From Planctomycetota bacterium (GTDB lineage: Bacteria; Planctomycetota; UBA1135; UBA2386), in contig OZ245838.1 of assembly GCA_965228735.1 (NCBI GenBank), positions 1,760,001-1,824,000 on the forward strand: a stretch of DNA of 64,000 nucleotides, given 5' to 3'. A program made the position numbers and the translations under genes. Positions 40,740-50,852 of the stretch are shown piece after piece. Each line of letters opens with the position of its first letter. Within the stretch, counting starts at the first letter, position 1. The notes beneath the pieces are model-generated. The model had not been told where the DNA came from. It did not search any database and worked only from the letters and a program-made list of their open reading frames with translations.

Positions 40740-42092
40740 CTACTCGCGACGAATGCCGGCGAGCCCGAGCACGTCGTCGACGACCTTCGCGAGCACGAAC
40801 AAGACGGCCTGTTCGCCGGCGACGAGTTCGTCCTCGCCGCCCGGGATCACGACCGAGCCATCCTCGCGGGTGATCGCCGCGACGACGCAGCCGCGCGGGA
40901 AGCCGGCGTCCTTGACCTTGCGCCCCGCGACCTTGCTGCCCGGCTGGATCTCGATCTCGAGGACCTCGGCCTTGCCCTCCTCGATCGTCGCGATCGTCGA
41001 GATGCTGCGGCTGCGCACGAACGCGAGGATGCGGTTGGCGCAGAGCAATCGCGGTGACACGGCGACGTCGATGCCGAGGTGCTGGTAGAGCGACACGTAG
41101 TCCGGCTTGGTCACGAGCGCGACGGTGCGCTGAGAGCCGAGCGTGCGCGCCAGCTGGCACGACATCAGGTTGCGCTCGTCCTCGACCGAGATGCCGAGGA
41201 ACGCATCCGCGTCGCCGACGTGCTCTTCCTGCAGCAGGTTGATGTCCGTCGCGCTGCCGTGCAGCACGACGACGTCCTCGAGCACCTCGGACATGCGCTC
41301 GGCGTCCTTGCGGCTCTCGACGATGATCTTGACGTTGACGTGCTCGCGCTGCAGCGCCTGGCAGACCTGCTGACTGATCCGCGCACCGCCGAACACGACG
41401 ACGTTGCGCGCCTTGCCGCGCCGCGCCCCGCCGATCTTCTTCTCGAAGCCGGAGATCGCCTTGGGTTCGCCGAGCACGAAGATCTCGTCGTTCGCCAGCA
41501 GCTCGTCGGAGCCGCCCGGCACGATGACCTCGTGGTCGCGGTCGATCGCCGTGATGAGCGTGCCGGCCGGCATCTTGAGGTCCTTGAGCAGCTTGCCCGT
41601 GAACGGGCCGGACTCCGGGATGCGGAACCGCCGCATCTGCACGCGCCCCTCCGCGAAGTTCTCGACCCCGAGCGCCTTGCTCTGCCGCACCGTCTTGACG
41701 ATCTCCTCCGCCGCGAGGTCGTCGAGCGACAGCAGCAGATCGTGCATCAGGTTCTTCCGGAAGAACGTCTTGCTGCGGCGCACGGCCGACGTGTCACGCA
41801 GCCGCAGCACGGTCTTCTTCGCGCCCATGCGCTTGCCGAACAGACACGTCAGCATGTTGACCTTGTCGTCGCTCGACACCGCGAGCAGGAGGTCCGCGCT
41901 GTGCGCTTCGGCCTTGTCGAGCACGTCGGGGCGTGAGCCGTCCCCGCGCACGGCCTGGACGTCGAGCAGGTCCGCGACCTGCTGCATCCGGCCCAGGTCC
42001 GGGTCGATGACGGTGATCGCGTGCCCCTCGGTGGACAGCACCTTGGCGAGGTAGGATCCCACTTCGCCGAGGCCAACGATGAGGATGTTCAT
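40740..42092 (-). CDS. trkA: Trk system potassium uptake protein TrkA
   Basis: Two RCK (TrkA-N/TrkA-C) pairs; IVGLGEVG; 450 aa. Confidence 0.93.
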   Translation of the reverse strand: MNILIVGLGEVGSYLAKVLSTEGHAITVIDPDLGRMQQVADLLDVQAVRGDGSRPDVLDKAEAHSADLLLAVSSDDKVNMLTCLFGKRMGAKKTVLRLRDTSAVRRSKTFFRKNLMHDLLLSLDDLAAEEIVKTVRQSKALGVENFAEGRVQMRRFRIPESGPFTGKLLKDLKMPAGTLITAIDRDHEVIVPGGSDELLANDEIFVLGEPKAISGFEKKIGGARRGKARNVVVFGGARISQQVCQALQREHVNVKIIVESRKDAERMSEVLEDVVVLHGSATDINLLQEEHVGDADAFLGISVEDERNLMSCQLARTLGSQRTVALVTKPDYVSLYQHLGIDVAVSPRLLCANRILAFVRSRSISTIATIEEGKAEVLEIEIQPGSKVAGRKVKDAGFPRGCVVAAITREDGSVVIPGGEDELVAGEQAVLFVLAKVVDDVLGLAGIRRE

Positions 42093-42124
42093 CAGTGCGC
42101 AGGACGATACTGTCTGGGCCGGCG

Positions 42125-42715
42125 TTGATCCTCATCCTGGACAACAAGGACTCGTTCGTCTGGAACCTCGCGCAGGCCTTGCGCGGCCTCGGCGCGACCG
42201 CGGAAGTCGCCCGCAGTGACCGACTCGCGCTGTCCGATCTGGCCGGCGCCAACGCGCTCGTGATCTCCCCCGGCCCCGGCCGCCCCGAGGACGCGGGGAT
42301 CTCGATCGCCGCGGTACGGCAGTGTTCGGGCCGCATCCCGATCCTCGGCGTCTGCCTCGGTCACCAGGCGATCGCCGCCGCGTTCGGCGCCACGATCCGA
42401 CGCGGTGAACCGGTGCACGGCCGGACGACCGCCGTGCGGCACGATGACCCCGTGCTCTTCGCCGATCTGCCGAACCCGGTCGAGGTCTGCCGCTACCACG
42501 CGCTCTACGTCGATGACGATCTGCCCGCCCCGCTGCGAGCGATCGCGTGGACGCCCACCGGCGACCTCATGGGCCTGCGGCACGCGGACCACGCGACGTT
42601 CGGCGTGCAATTCCACCCCGAGTCCTTTCGTTCTTCGCACGGCCCGCGTCTGCTGGCGAACTTCCTGACTGCCGTGCACACCGCCGGCAATCCCGACGAG
42701 CAACCATGGCCGTGA
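42125..42715 (+). CDS. Anthranilate/aminodeoxychorismate synthase glutamine amidotransferase (TrpG/PabA-like)
   Basis: ILILDNKDSF, ISPGPG, LGVCLGHQ, QFHPES; TTG start inferred. Confidence 0.92.
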   Translation: MILILDNKDSFVWNLAQALRGLGATAEVARSDRLALSDLAGANALVISPGPGRPEDAGISIAAVRQCSGRIPILGVCLGHQAIAAAFGATIRRGEPVHGRTTAVRHDDPVLFADLPNPVEVCRYHALYVDDDLPAPLRAIAWTPTGDLMGLRHADHATFGVQFHPESFRSSHGPRLLANFLTAVHTAGNPDEQPWP

Positions 42716-43617
42716 TCGCGACGCAGCGCCTGAGCAAACGGTTCGGCGATCGGGCAGTGCTGCGTGACGTCGAGTTCGTCGTCGGAGCGGGAGAATTGCT
42801 CGGGCTCGTCGGCCCGAACGGCGCCGGCAAGTCGACCCTGCTCCGCACGCTCATCGGCCTCGTCCGGCGGGACAGCGGTGACGTGAAGGTCCTCGACCGC
42901 GACCCCGGCACCGCCGATCTGTCGATCCGCGCCGACACCTGCTACCTGCCCGGGGAGACCGGCGTCTACCACGGCATGACGGGCAGGGGTTTCCTCGACT
43001 TCGCGTTCGGCTTCTATCCGCGCCACCAGAACGAGCTGCGGGACCGGTTGCTCGCCGAGTTCGACCTGCCGCTGCACCGCAGCATCCGGACCTACAGCGC
43101 GGGCATGAAGCAGAAGCTCGCGATCACGGCGACGCTCGTCCCGGACGTGGCGCTCTACCTGCTCGACGAACCGGATCGCGCGCTCGACGCGCAGGTCCGC
43201 TTCTTCCTGCGGGACGTGCTCCGCGATCTCAAGGCCGCGGGCAAGACGATCGTGCTCAGTTCCCACCACCTCAGCGAGGTGGAGACGCTCGCGGATCGGC
43301 TCGAGTTCCTCATCGACGGCGCGCTGATTCCGGCCGCGCGGTTGGCGCAGGCGCGCGAGCGGCTGCGGCGGCGACCGCGACTCCGGTTGCGGGACGCCGC
43401 GGTGTCCGACCTGCCCGCCGGAGCGGCGCTGGTGCGCACGGAGGCCGACGGCACGCACGTGGTGCAGACGGACGGCGATCCGTTCGCGTACCTGCAGACG
43501 GTCGACCCGGCCGTGATCGAGAGCGCCGAGGTCGGCGTCGTTCGCCTCGAGGACCTCTACCAGGAGCTGTTGCGGGCCGACGACGCACCGCAGGAGAGCT
43601 CGGAGGCCGGCGCATGA
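42706..43617 (+). CDS. ABC transporter ATP-binding protein
   Basis: GPNGAGKST, YSAGMKQK, LLDEP, SSH. Confidence 0.93.
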   Translation: MAVIATQRLSKRFGDRAVLRDVEFVVGAGELLGLVGPNGAGKSTLLRTLIGLVRRDSGDVKVLDRDPGTADLSIRADTCYLPGETGVYHGMTGRGFLDFAFGFYPRHQNELRDRLLAEFDLPLHRSIRTYSAGMKQKLAITATLVPDVALYLLDEPDRALDAQVRFFLRDVLRDLKAAGKTIVLSSHHLSEVETLADRLEFLIDGALIPAARLAQARERLRRRPRLRLRDAAVSDLPAGAALVRTEADGTHVVQTDGDPFAYLQTVDPAVIESAEVGVVRLEDLYQELLRADDAPQESSEAGA

Positions 43618-44426
43618 TCGCGGGCAAGACGTGGCGCGAGATCCGGTGGATGACGCTGGTCTACATCGTGATCTTCGAGGCGCTCGCGATCCCGGTGCTG
43701 CTCCTGTGGCCCGACCTCTACGACGAGTTCCAGCGGACCGACCTTTCGGGAATCGTTCCGATCCACTTCGTCAAGAACATCATCAAGGGAGTGTCCGACC
43801 GCAGCGAGGAAGCGGCCTTCATCAATTGGTGCGCCGTGATGCTCTTCTTCCGCAGCGTCAACCTCGTCGGCATCGCCGGCGCCGTGCTGTTCGGCACCGC
43901 CCTGTTCGCGCGCGAACGTGAGACCCAGACGCTCGAGTTCCTGCTCGCCCGCCCCGTCTCGCGCCGGACCATCCTGTGGCAGAAGAGCTGGCCGACGGCG
44001 CTCGCCGTGCTCGTGCCGATCTTCCTCGTGAACTGGTCGGCGATCCTGTGGAGTCGGACGATCGGCTACGACCTGCCGTTCTGGGAGGTCACGCTCGCCA
44101 GCATGCACGGGGCGTCGTTCGTGCTCATGTTCCTCGCGTTCACGACCTGGATGTCGGTCCGCTGCCGGACCCAGGCGCACGTCGCGTTCTGGGTCGGCGG
44201 GATCACGATCGTGATGCTCGGCGCCTACATGACCCAGAAGGTCCGACCCTACAGCCTGTTTCGGTTGTCGGACTTCGAGTGGTACTCGCCGATCCTCGCG
44301 GGGAACATGAAGCTCTGGCAGATGTTCGACCCGATCCGGGCGCCCGGCTTCACGACCTACGTGCTCGCGGCGGCCGCATTGTTCTACGTCCTCGCCTGGC
44401 GCGCGCTGCGCCGACTGGAGCTCTGA
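43614..44426 (+). CDS. ABC-2 type permease
   Basis: About six TM segments; ERETQTLEFLLARPVSR. Confidence 0.88.
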   Translation: MIAGKTWREIRWMTLVYIVIFEALAIPVLLLWPDLYDEFQRTDLSGIVPIHFVKNIIKGVSDRSEEAAFINWCAVMLFFRSVNLVGIAGAVLFGTALFARERETQTLEFLLARPVSRRTILWQKSWPTALAVLVPIFLVNWSAILWSRTIGYDLPFWEVTLASMHGASFVLMFLAFTTWMSVRCRTQAHVAFWVGGITIVMLGAYMTQKVRPYSLFRLSDFEWYSPILAGNMKLWQMFDPIRAPGFTTYVLAAAALFYVLAWRALRRLEL

Positions 44427-44439
44427 CGGAAGCGCTGCC

Positions 44440-45825
44440 GTGGTCTGGTTCGAGCTCTTCCTGACTCTGCTGCGCGAGCTCGTGCGCGCGCTCGTCGTGC
44501 CGGTGCGGCTGCTGCTGTATCTGCCGCGCCGCCACCACTGGCGGCGCGTCGCGCGCGACGTCCTCGACGACGTCGCCCAGCAGGACGCCGGCGCGCCCAC
44601 CGACCCGACCGCGGACCTCGAGTCGTTCTTCGCCCGCAGCCGACCCTGGCGTGGGGACCGGCCGCACGTGTTCTTGTCCGCGGGCGAAGCCAGCGGCGAG
44701 GGGCACGCCGAGCGTTTGCTGCGCGCGCTCCCTGCCGACGTGCGATGCACCGCGTTCGGCGGCGAACGGCTGCAACGGGCGGGCGCCGAGCTTCGATTCG
44801 GCCTCAGCGAGCACGCGGTCATGGGCATCGCCGGCGTGCTGCGGCAGATGCCGTTGATCCTGCGCGCGGTCGCGAGCTACCTGCGACTGCTGCGGGACGA
44901 CCCACCCGATCTGATCGTCCTCGTTGACTTCCCGGGCCTGCACCTCGTCATGGCGAAGCTCAGCAAGCGCCACCGCATTCCGGTGCTGCACTACGTCGCG
45001 CCACAGTACTGGGCGTGGGGCCCATGGCGGATGCGGCGCTACCGCCGGGCCGTCGATGCGACGCTGACGATCCTGCCGTTCGAGACCGCGTTCTTCCGGC
45101 GCTTCAACGTGCCGGCCCACTACATCGGCCACCCGCTGCTCGATGCGGTCCCGAAAGCTGGCGCCGACGAGGACACCGCGCGCACCGAACCGCTCCTCGT
45201 TCTCTTGCCCGGCAGTCGCCGCGCCGAGATCGACAAGAACCTGCCGGGGATGTTGCAGATCGCCGGGCGCATGCGGGCCGAGCACCCGGACATGCGGGTC
45301 GTCGTCCCGCACGAGAACCCGCGTCGCACGGCCCTGCTGCGCGACCTCATGCAGCAGCACGACGCCGACTTCGCCGAACACCACGAAGGCCCCCTCGCGC
45401 CGTGGCTGCAGCGGGCGCGCCTCGTCATCGCCAAGTCCGGAACCGGCTCCCTCGCGGCGTGCCTGCACGGCGCCCCGACGGTCGTCGTCTACCAACTCGG
45501 CGGGGCTTTGAGCTCCTGGGGCTACCACAACATCCTCAGCGTGCCGTGGATCGCGGCGGCCAACCTCATCGCCGGGCGCCGGGTCGTGCCCGAGCACTGC
45601 TTCAACGGCGACGACGGCTGGCAGAAGGTCGAACGCGACGCGGCCGAGCTGTGGCCGGACGGGGAGCCGCGGCGAGCCGTCCTGGCCGGCCTCGCCGAGG
45701 TGCGACAGCGACTCGGCGCCGGCGGTGCGAGCGAACGCGCCGCCGCAATCGTCGCCCGGTTCCTCGGCCTCGGCGACACCGCATCCGCGAGCCCCGCGCC
45801 ACCGAACCGGGAAGTGCCGGCATGA
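44440..45825 (+). CDS. lpxB: Lipid-A-disaccharide synthase
   Basis: AGEASG, VDFPG, YVAPQYWAW, ILPFE, GHPLLD, LPGSRRAE, SGT; N-terminal extension of about 75 aa. Confidence 0.9.
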   Translation: MVWFELFLTLLRELVRALVVPVRLLLYLPRRHHWRRVARDVLDDVAQQDAGAPTDPTADLESFFARSRPWRGDRPHVFLSAGEASGEGHAERLLRALPADVRCTAFGGERLQRAGAELRFGLSEHAVMGIAGVLRQMPLILRAVASYLRLLRDDPPDLIVLVDFPGLHLVMAKLSKRHRIPVLHYVAPQYWAWGPWRMRRYRRAVDATLTILPFETAFFRRFNVPAHYIGHPLLDAVPKAGADEDTARTEPLLVLLPGSRRAEIDKNLPGMLQIAGRMRAEHPDMRVVVPHENPRRTALLRDLMQQHDADFAEHHEGPLAPWLQRARLVIAKSGTGSLAACLHGAPTVVVYQLGGALSSWGYHNILSVPWIAAANLIAGRRVVPEHCFNGDDGWQKVERDAAELWPDGEPRRAVLAGLAEVRQRLGAGGASERAAAIVARFLGLGDTASASPAPPNREVPA

Positions 45826-47621
45826 GGCTCACCGATCTGCGCACGTTCCTCGACGTTCTTCGGCGCGAGGGTGAGCTCGTCGAGGTCGACGCCGAAGTGG
45901 ATCCCGACCTCGAGGCGGCGGAGGTCCACCGCCGCGTCATCGCGGGATCGGGCCCGGCACTGCTCTTCAAGAACGTGAAGGGCTGCGCGTGGCCTTGCGT
46001 GACCAACCTGTTCGGCACCGCGCGCCGCGTCGAGCTCGCGTTCGGCCCGCGACCCGAGCGACTCGTGCAGCAACTCGCGGACCTGCCGCACACGCTGCTG
46101 CCGCCGACGCTCGGCCGCGTCTGGGAGCAGCGCGGGCTCATCGGCTCCGTGCTGAAGGTCGGGCGCAAGAAGGTGCGCCGCGCACCGCTCCTCGAGGTGG
46201 AGGACCGCCCCGCCGGACTGACCCGCCTGCCGCTGCTGCGCACCTGGCGCGACGACGGCGGCCCGTTCGTCACGCTGCCGCTCGTCTACACGGAGCACCC
46301 GGAAGGCCTCGGCAGCAACCTCGGGATGTATCGCATCCAGCGCTACGACGACGACACGACCGGTCTGCACATGCAGATCGGCAAGGGCGGCGGGTTCCAC
46401 CTCGAGGCCGCCGAACGGCGCGGCGAGGCGCTGCCCGTCGCCGTGCACGTCGGCGGGCCGCCCGCCATGATCCTCGCCGCGATCGCGCCGTTGCCCGAGA
46501 ACGTGCCCGAAGTGCTGCTCGGGTCACTCGTGCTGGGCCAGCGTCTGCGCACGACGACGAGCGCGCACTCGCCGCTGCCGCTGATGGCCGACGCCGAGTT
46601 CTGCCTGCTCGGCGAGGTGCGCCCGGGCGAGACCCGACCCGAGGGACCGTTCGGCGATCACTACGGCTACTACTCGCTCGTCCACGACTACCCGCTGCTG
46701 CGCGTCCACACGCTCGCCCGCCGCCGCGATCCGATCCTCTGCGCCACCGTCGTCGGCAAGCCGCGGCAGGAGGACTTCTTCCTCGGCGACTACCTGCAGG
46801 AGCTGCTGCTGCCGCTCGCGAAGGTCGCGATGCCGCAGGTGCGCGATCTGTGGTCGTACGGCGAAACGGGCTACCACTCGCTCGCGGGCGCCATCGTGCG
46901 CGAACGCTACGGCCGCGAGGCGATGCAGAGCGCGTTCCGCATCCTCGGCGAAGGGCAGCTGAGCCTGACCAAGTTCCTGCTGCTCACGGACCAGCCGGTC
47001 GACCTGCGTGACTTCCGCGCCACGCTGCAGCACGTGCTCGCGCGCTGTCGCTTCGCGACCGATCTCTACGTGTTCGGCAGCCTGTCGATGGATTCGCTCG
47101 ACTACGCCGGCCCCGAGATCAACAAGGGCAGCAAGGGCGTGCTGCTCGGCGTCGGCGAGCCGGTGCGCGAACTGCCGCGCGAGTTCTCGGGAGCACTGCC
47201 CCCGCCGTTCACGAAGGCCGTGCCGTTCTGCCCCGGCGCGCTCGTCGTCGAGGGTCCCGCGTTCGCGGCCGATCGGGAGTGCGTCGAGGCGCTGCCCGAC
47301 GTGCCGGCGCTGCGGCCGTGGCCGCTCGTCGTGCTCGTCGATGACGCGGAACGCGCCGCCAAGTCCGCGGTGAACTTCCTGTGGACGACGTTCACCCGCT
47401 TCGAACCCGCCGCCGACATCCACGCGCGCGACCTCGAACTCGTGCGCAGCCAACCGAGCTACACGCCCCCGATCGTGATCGATGCGCGCATGAAGCCGAG
47501 CTACCCCGACGAGCTGTTCTGCGATCCGGACACGGCCGCCACGGTCGATCGACGGTGGCGCGAGTACTTCCCGGCCGGCGGCGTCGAGATGGGCGACTCC
47601 GATCGCGGCCACCTCGACTGA
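45822..47621 (+). CDS. UbiD family decarboxylase
   Basis: NLGMYR, PEGPFGDHYGYYS, TVVGKPRQED; ATGA overlap with lpxB. Confidence 0.93.
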   Translation: MRLTDLRTFLDVLRREGELVEVDAEVDPDLEAAEVHRRVIAGSGPALLFKNVKGCAWPCVTNLFGTARRVELAFGPRPERLVQQLADLPHTLLPPTLGRVWEQRGLIGSVLKVGRKKVRRAPLLEVEDRPAGLTRLPLLRTWRDDGGPFVTLPLVYTEHPEGLGSNLGMYRIQRYDDDTTGLHMQIGKGGGFHLEAAERRGEALPVAVHVGGPPAMILAAIAPLPENVPEVLLGSLVLGQRLRTTTSAHSPLPLMADAEFCLLGEVRPGETRPEGPFGDHYGYYSLVHDYPLLRVHTLARRRDPILCATVVGKPRQEDFFLGDYLQELLLPLAKVAMPQVRDLWSYGETGYHSLAGAIVRERYGREAMQSAFRILGEGQLSLTKFLLLTDQPVDLRDFRATLQHVLARCRFATDLYVFGSLSMDSLDYAGPEINKGSKGVLLGVGEPVRELPREFSGALPPPFTKAVPFCPGALVVEGPAFAADRECVEALPDVPALRPWPLVVLVDDAERAAKSAVNFLWTTFTRFEPAADIHARDLELVRSQPSYTPPIVIDARMKPSYPDELFCDPDTAATVDRRWREYFPAGGVEMGDSDRGHLD

Positions 47622-47820
47622 TGTCAGAACCGCAGCGGTGCTCCGCAGGAGCACGGCGAGGCCCTGAGCACGAGCCAGCGCGACGGGTTCACCGGCCAGG
47701 CCGGCCGCGGCCGTTCGGCGACTCACAGCCGATGGTACCAGCCGGGCGCCATCGCACTGGCCGCGGGAGATCGCGCATCGCCTTGAACGAACGCCAGCCG
47801 TGGTCGTATGACGATCTGCC

Positions 47821-48900
47821 ATGCGCTCCGCAACACCGTCCGCGGCAGTCTTAACCACCTTGTTGGCTGGCCTTTCGGCGCAGGAGGCCGATTCGGGACC
47901 CGGCCCCGAGACGGAGCTGCGAGGCACGGTCGCCGGCTTCTCCGGCGAGCCCGGCGCGTTCGCGACCGTGCGCGTGTTCAGCCAGCGCGGTCACCGCCTC
48001 GGTGAGGTGGTCACGGCGGCCGACGGCCGGTTCTCGTATCGGTCACCGGAAGCGCCCGGGCAGGTGGAGGTTCAGCTCGAGGGTGTCGTGCGCAAGGTGC
48101 CGCTCGCCGGACTGGACCCGGCCGCGATCGCGATCACGTTCGAGGACGCCAGGCACTACACGCTGCGCGGCCGGCTGATCGACCCCGCCGGTCAGGGGCT
48201 GCAGGACACCGACATGCTCGTGCGCGACCACTTCGATCGCACGCTCGTGAACGTGACGACGACCGAGCGCGGCGAGTTCGCCGTGCGCCTCGACGCCCCG
48301 GTCCGGTCGATCGTCGTCGATCCGCTCGGGCTCGACTGGGTGCAGGAGTTCGAGACCGCCGCGAGCCGCGAACTGACCATCGACCTGCGCTACGTCGACG
48401 GCGCCGAGTTCTTCAGCATCGACGGCCGCGTGCTCGACGCGACCGGGTCACCGGTCCCGGGCGCGCTCGTGCGGGCCGGCTCGAGCAAGCGCGTGCGCGT
48501 GCAGCGCACCGCCCGCGCCGACGGCTCGTTCGTCCTCTGGTCGCGGCGGCCGCTCGAGTATCTGATCGCGCTGCACGGCAGTCGCGCCATCGCGTGCCAC
48601 TTCGCGACGCTCGATCGACCGACGAGCATCGAGCTCGACGCCGTGCGGCATGGCTATGTGACGATCGAGGGGCGCGTGACCGACAAGAACGGCGCTGCCG
48701 CCCCCGACGTCCGGATCTACGGCGCCGACCACGACGATCGCCCCCTGCTCGTCCTGCAGATGTTCGCGATCTCGGGTCCCGACGGCACGTTCACCGCCAG
48801 CGTGCCGCGCGAGCTGCCGCGACTCCTCGCGCTGTCGAACGACGGCACCGGCACCGCGGGCTGGCAGATCGACCACCCCGTCGAACTCGTCGTGCGCTGA
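47821..48900 (+). CDS. Secreted protein with repeated carboxypeptidase-regulatory-like beta domains
   Basis: Repeats of GRVxDxxGxPxxGA...TxADGxF. Confidence 0.7.
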   Translation: MRSATPSAAVLTTLLAGLSAQEADSGPGPETELRGTVAGFSGEPGAFATVRVFSQRGHRLGEVVTAADGRFSYRSPEAPGQVEVQLEGVVRKVPLAGLDPAAIAITFEDARHYTLRGRLIDPAGQGLQDTDMLVRDHFDRTLVNVTTTERGEFAVRLDAPVRSIVVDPLGLDWVQEFETAASRELTIDLRYVDGAEFFSIDGRVLDATGSPVPGALVRAGSSKRVRVQRTARADGSFVLWSRRPLEYLIALHGSRAIACHFATLDRPTSIELDAVRHGYVTIEGRVTDKNGAAAPDVRIYGADHDDRPLLVLQMFAISGPDGTFTASVPRELPRLLALSNDGTGTAGWQIDHPVELVVR

Positions 48901-48916
48901 CGTCCGAAGCCGCCTT

Positions 48917-49966
48917 TCAGGCCCCCATTCGCTGGGACCCCGATCTCCGGGCCCCCGATCGCTGGGTCCCCGCTCGCTGGGCGCCCGAACTCTGGGCGCC
49001 CGTCCGCCGCACCCGCCCCCGCAACTGCGGCACGAGCAACAGCGCCTCCCGCGCGACGCGGCCGTCCATCTTGGACCGGCCGACCTGACGATCGACGAAG
49101 TGGATCGGCAGCTCCGCGATGCGGCAGCCGGCGCGCCGCATCCGATACGCCATCTCGATCTGGAACGCGTACCCGTGCGCCGCGACCGACGTCAGATCGA
49201 GCTGCCGCAGCGCGTCGACGTGAAAGCAGCGATACCCGGCGGTGTTGTCGCGGATGCCGGTCCGCAGCCAGAAGCGGGCGTAGAGGTTGGCGCCGCGCGA
49301 GAGCAGCCGGCGGCGGAAGTTCCACCCGACCGTGCACCCACCGGGCACGTAGCGGCTGCCGATCACGAGCTCGGCGTCGGCGGACGCCGCGAGCAGGCGC
49401 GGCAGGTCCCACGGCGCGTGACTGAAGTCGGCATCCATCTCGCAGACCCGCTCGTAGCCGCGCTCGATCGCGAACCGAAAGCCCGCGAGGTAGGCGGTGC
49501 CGAGGCCCTGCTTGCCCGCGCGACGCAGGGCGTGGATCCGGTCGTCCCTCGCGGCGAGCCGTGCCGCGATCTCGCCCGTGCCATCCGGCGAGTTGTCGTC
49601 GACGATCAGCACATCGCAATCGACGTAGCGGTGGATCGCGCGCACGATCGGCTCGAGGTTCTCCTGTTCGTTGAACGTCGGGATGATCACGAGCGTGCGC
49701 CACGGCACCTGATGCGGCTGCGGCGGCACCGGGCCGTGCCCGGCAAGCAGTCCCTCGGCCGCGGCATCGCGGGCGATGCCCTCGGCGTGGGCCCGACCGG
49801 CCGGATCGCCGAGCACGACGACCTGGCTGCTGTCCGAGCCGGCGCGAACGAGCGCCTCACAGGCCGCGAAATCGGCCGCTGTCCGGAGGTCCACCACCGC
49901 GGCCCCGAGTATCGCGCCGCGCGCGCCCCGGTCAATATTGACGCCAGAACGCCCGAACGCTCGCAT
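48917..49966 (-). CDS. Polyprenol monophosphomannose synthase-like GT2 with N-terminal extension
   Basis: IIPTFNE, VDDNSPDGT, EMDADFSH, GSRYVPGG, FQIEM; start uncertain. Confidence 0.88.
   Translation of the reverse strand: MRAFGRSGVNIDRGARGAILGAAVVDLRTAADFAACEALVRAGSDSSQVVVLGDPAGRAHAEGIARDAAAEGLLAGHGPVPPQPHQVPWRTLVIIPTFNEQENLEPIVRAIHRYVDCDVLIVDDNSPDGTGEIAARLAARDDRIHALRRAGKQGLGTAYLAGFRFAIERGYERVCEMDADFSHAPWDLPRLLAASADAELVIGSRYVPGGCTVGWNFRRRLLSRGANLYARFWLRTGIRDNTAGYRCFHVDALRQLDLTSVAAHGYAFQIEMAYRMRRAGCRIAELPIHFVDRQVGRSKMDGRVAREALLLVPQLRGRVRRTGAQSSGAQRAGTQRSGARRSGSQRMGA
48921..49010. repeat. Six degenerate 15-bp tandem repeats
   Basis: gcccccattcgctgg/gaccccgatctccgg/gcccccgatcgctgg/gtccccgctcgctgg/gcgcccgaactctgg/gcgcccgtccgccgc; encode the QRxGA-like tail of the GT2. 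Confidence 0.8.
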
Positions 49967-49977
49967 GCACCGGCACT

Positions 49978-50295
49978 ATGGAATTCCGCGACCTCGACCC
50001 CGCTACCGCCCAGGCCGAACTCGACGGCGACACCGACCTCCGGGTCCTCGACGTCCGCACGCCCGAGGAGCACGCGGCGCACCGGCTGCCGGACGCCGTT
50101 CTCGTGCCGATCCAGGAGCTCCAGCAGCGGGTCGGCGAACTCGACGCCGACGCCAACTGGCTCGTCGTCTGCGCCCACGGTCAGCGCAGCATGTTCGCCT
50201 GCCAGTTCCTCGAGCAGATGGGCTTCGAACGGGTCGCGAACCTGCGCGGCGGGCTCGCGCACTGGGCCAGCAGCGGGCTGCCGCTCGAGCGCTGA
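49978..50295 (+). CDS. Single-domain rhodanese (sulfurtransferase)
   Basis: LDVRTPEE, CAHGQRS active loop, NLRGGLAHW. Confidence 0.92.
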   Translation: MEFRDLDPATAQAELDGDTDLRVLDVRTPEEHAAHRLPDAVLVPIQELQQRVGELDADANWLVVCAHGQRSMFACQFLEQMGFERVANLRGGLAHWASSGLPLER

Positions 50296-50299
50296 GCCG

Positions 50300-50833
50300 C
50301 TACCCGTGGTTGCCAGCCCATACGAGCCAGTCGTGCAGCGCCCGCATCGCGCCCGTCGCGTGAACGCCCCAGTGCACGCGGAAGTGCAGCACCCACTCCT
50401 CGTGCGCCGCCGCTCGATGACCGGCCTCGTAGACCGCCAACCCGCGCACGACGTCGCTGTAGATGTCCGCGATGTCGTCCTGCAGGTCGCCCATCCCGAC
50501 GCTCGCGTCGCGCTCCGGCCGTAGCTCGAGCGTCTCCTGGTAGTAGCCAACGGGCAGCTTGGACGCGTTCTGCAGGATGCGCTCGAGTTCTTTCTTGTCG
50601 ACGACGAAGGGGGCCTCCCACGCGTCGAGATCGCAGTCGGAATCGCAATCGGACTTGGCGCCGGCCGCGGTCTCACCAGACCCAGCCACCGCCGGCAGCC
50701 GCAGACCCGCCGAGTAGAGCGCCGCCAGGCGAACGAGCGCCTCGCGCACCGCGGCTTCGTCACCCCCCATCTCGTTCCGGGCCCACGCCCGAAACCGCGC
50801 CGCCTCCCGTGCGAAATCGTCGACGGCAGTCAT
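50300..50833 (-). CDS. DUF5063-like protein
   Basis: GDLQDDIADIYSDV...W...F..HWG.HA..A.RALH. Confidence 0.7.
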   Translation of the reverse strand: MTAVDDFAREAARFRAWARNEMGGDEAAVREALVRLAALYSAGLRLPAVAGSGETAAGAKSDCDSDCDLDAWEAPFVVDKKELERILQNASKLPVGYYQETLELRPERDASVGMGDLQDDIADIYSDVVRGLAVYEAGHRAAAHEEWVLHFRVHWGVHATGAMRALHDWLVWAGNHG

Positions 50834-50852
50834 CGAGCGTGGCGAACCGCTG

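Noticed and set aside
48921..49010. CRISPR-like array
   Set aside because: Contiguous 15-bp degenerate units without spacers, inside a CDS, and no cas genes in the window.
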